64,000 nt of DNA, from NCBI RefSeq assembly GCF_006345805.1, contig NC_043001.1, forward strand, positions 13,578,001-13,642,000, read 5' to 3'. The number at the start of each line of letters is the position of its first letter. Positions within the stretch are counted from its first letter, which is position 1. A model generated the notes under the pieces. It did not search any database. It was not told the DNA's origin and worked only from the letters and a program-made list of their open reading frames with translations. This DNA is from Octopus sinensis (taxonomy: Eukaryota). Positions 62,904 through 64,000 of the stretch are shown here, in pieces. Position numbers and translations under genes: made by a program.

Positions 62904-62918
62904 CAGGTGTCGGCAAAC
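62904..62918 (+). mobile_element. Possible hAT (Charlie-like) terminal inverted repeat, unpaired
   Basis: CAGGTGTCGGCAAAC preceded by TTCTAGAG (NTCTAGAN-type target). I found no partner end. Confidence 0.3.
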
Positions 62919-64000
62919 ATAACATTGTCCTATTCTTGAAATCGTCGATATGTTATCGATCCACTACCTGAAAATTTCTAAAGTGAAATTAAAGTAGCAT
63001 AATAAGGAAAAGTATTCTTGATTTAAAAGACCTAATTCTTTTGGTTTGTATTATTATTAAATTGGAAATATTTAACGAAAGTTAAGGAAAATACTTCACC
63101 AAAACTGATTAATAACAATAATAGTTCATTAATGTTACCTTGATATAGTCGGAAGAGTTAATATGAAATATGCATTTGGTGAATATTAGTTATTGCATCG
63201 ATATTGTGATTGGAAACCAGAGTGTTCTAGCCTTTTATTACTGTACTCTTCCAGAACCAGTCATGGCACCACCTTCGCAGCAGCACTGGCTGAACACCAC
63301 CACTGGCTGAGGCTTTCTGCCTGTCTATCTCCAGATTCAATGCGCCCACACTAACGGAGCTTAAGATGGTGGCTGAGAGCAGCACACTTCACCTTTCCTG
63401 TAAATAAACCAGTTGTAAATAGCATTTGTGCTTGAAGTTTTTTCTCTTCGCCTGCCGGAAGCCTGAACTACATAAAGAACAAGAAGATGATGGAAGGAGA
63501 CAATATTCTTCCGATATCGTAAACCTTGCTTTCCATTACTAAAAATTGAGTCACGTGTAGTTCAAACCCTTTTAAGGCGTTTCTCCAGTCCATGACTCAC
63601 CACAAAATCACAACAGGCCAATTCTGACTTTAGGACCCTGTTTTAAAGGAACATAACGTTTATATAAATTACTTTTTATTTCTAGCAATATATTGTTAAC
63701 GTTTGGCAAATATGTTTTTGAACACGCTTGATATCAAATTCGTTGCTTTAACACAAGAACCACTAATGAGAATTTTCAAATATTCTCTAAAATAGATGGG
63801 TTAAGTGTTTCTGGAGGCAGGGAATATATTAGAAGAAGCAAGGGATTTCATTTTCCTTTATTTCCTTTTTGAATAAAACACGAGTTTTAAGAGAATTTGG
63901 GGGAAAAAATCCGGAAGCGAGAGAGAAACCTCCCAAAAGGTTGCGTTGTGTGTTTTGAAACTGCCATTAGGGAAATGTTTATTGCATTTATTTTGAAATA

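Noticed and set aside
63250-63410. GC-richer segment as a possible exon or LINE C-terminus
   Set aside because: All frames following the candidate minus-strand acceptor hit stops, and similarity to a Tx1 C-terminus is too vague.

Overview
AT-rich, repeat-saturated eukaryotic DNA. The SINE, LINE and microsatellite content is most consistent with an octopod cephalopod (inference from repeat composition, not a database match). I can support no intact host protein-coding gene, tRNA, rRNA or CRISPR array. Almost all ORFs in the track are microsatellite or SINE read-throughs. The window holds about 40 copies of three tRNA-headed SINE families (A, B and C here) and decayed LINEs (RTE, CR1-like, L1/Tx1, R4/Dong). 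It also holds Penelope-like element (PLE) remnants (RT at 39.8-40.8 kb, GIY-YIG at 32.3-32.6 kb), Tc1/mariner pieces and MITEs, Helentron-like non-autonomous elements, and long (TA)n tracts. The main signal is a set of type I hammerhead-ribozyme (HHR) folds in short elements that end in (TA)n tracts. The clearest is a near-identical 541-bp structured unit at 5.46-6.84 kb, present as a partial tandem plus an inverted copy (retrozyme/PLE pseudo-LTR-like). There is also a canonical HHR at 33.2 kb and a recurring non-canonical CCGANGA core at 22.2, 23.8 and 41.5 kb. Other notable items are an internally deleted R4/Dong mini-element and a SINE that multimerises with a fixed 184-bp period. Element boundaries are approximate unless a target-site duplication (TSD) or terminal inverted repeat (TIR) is quoted.
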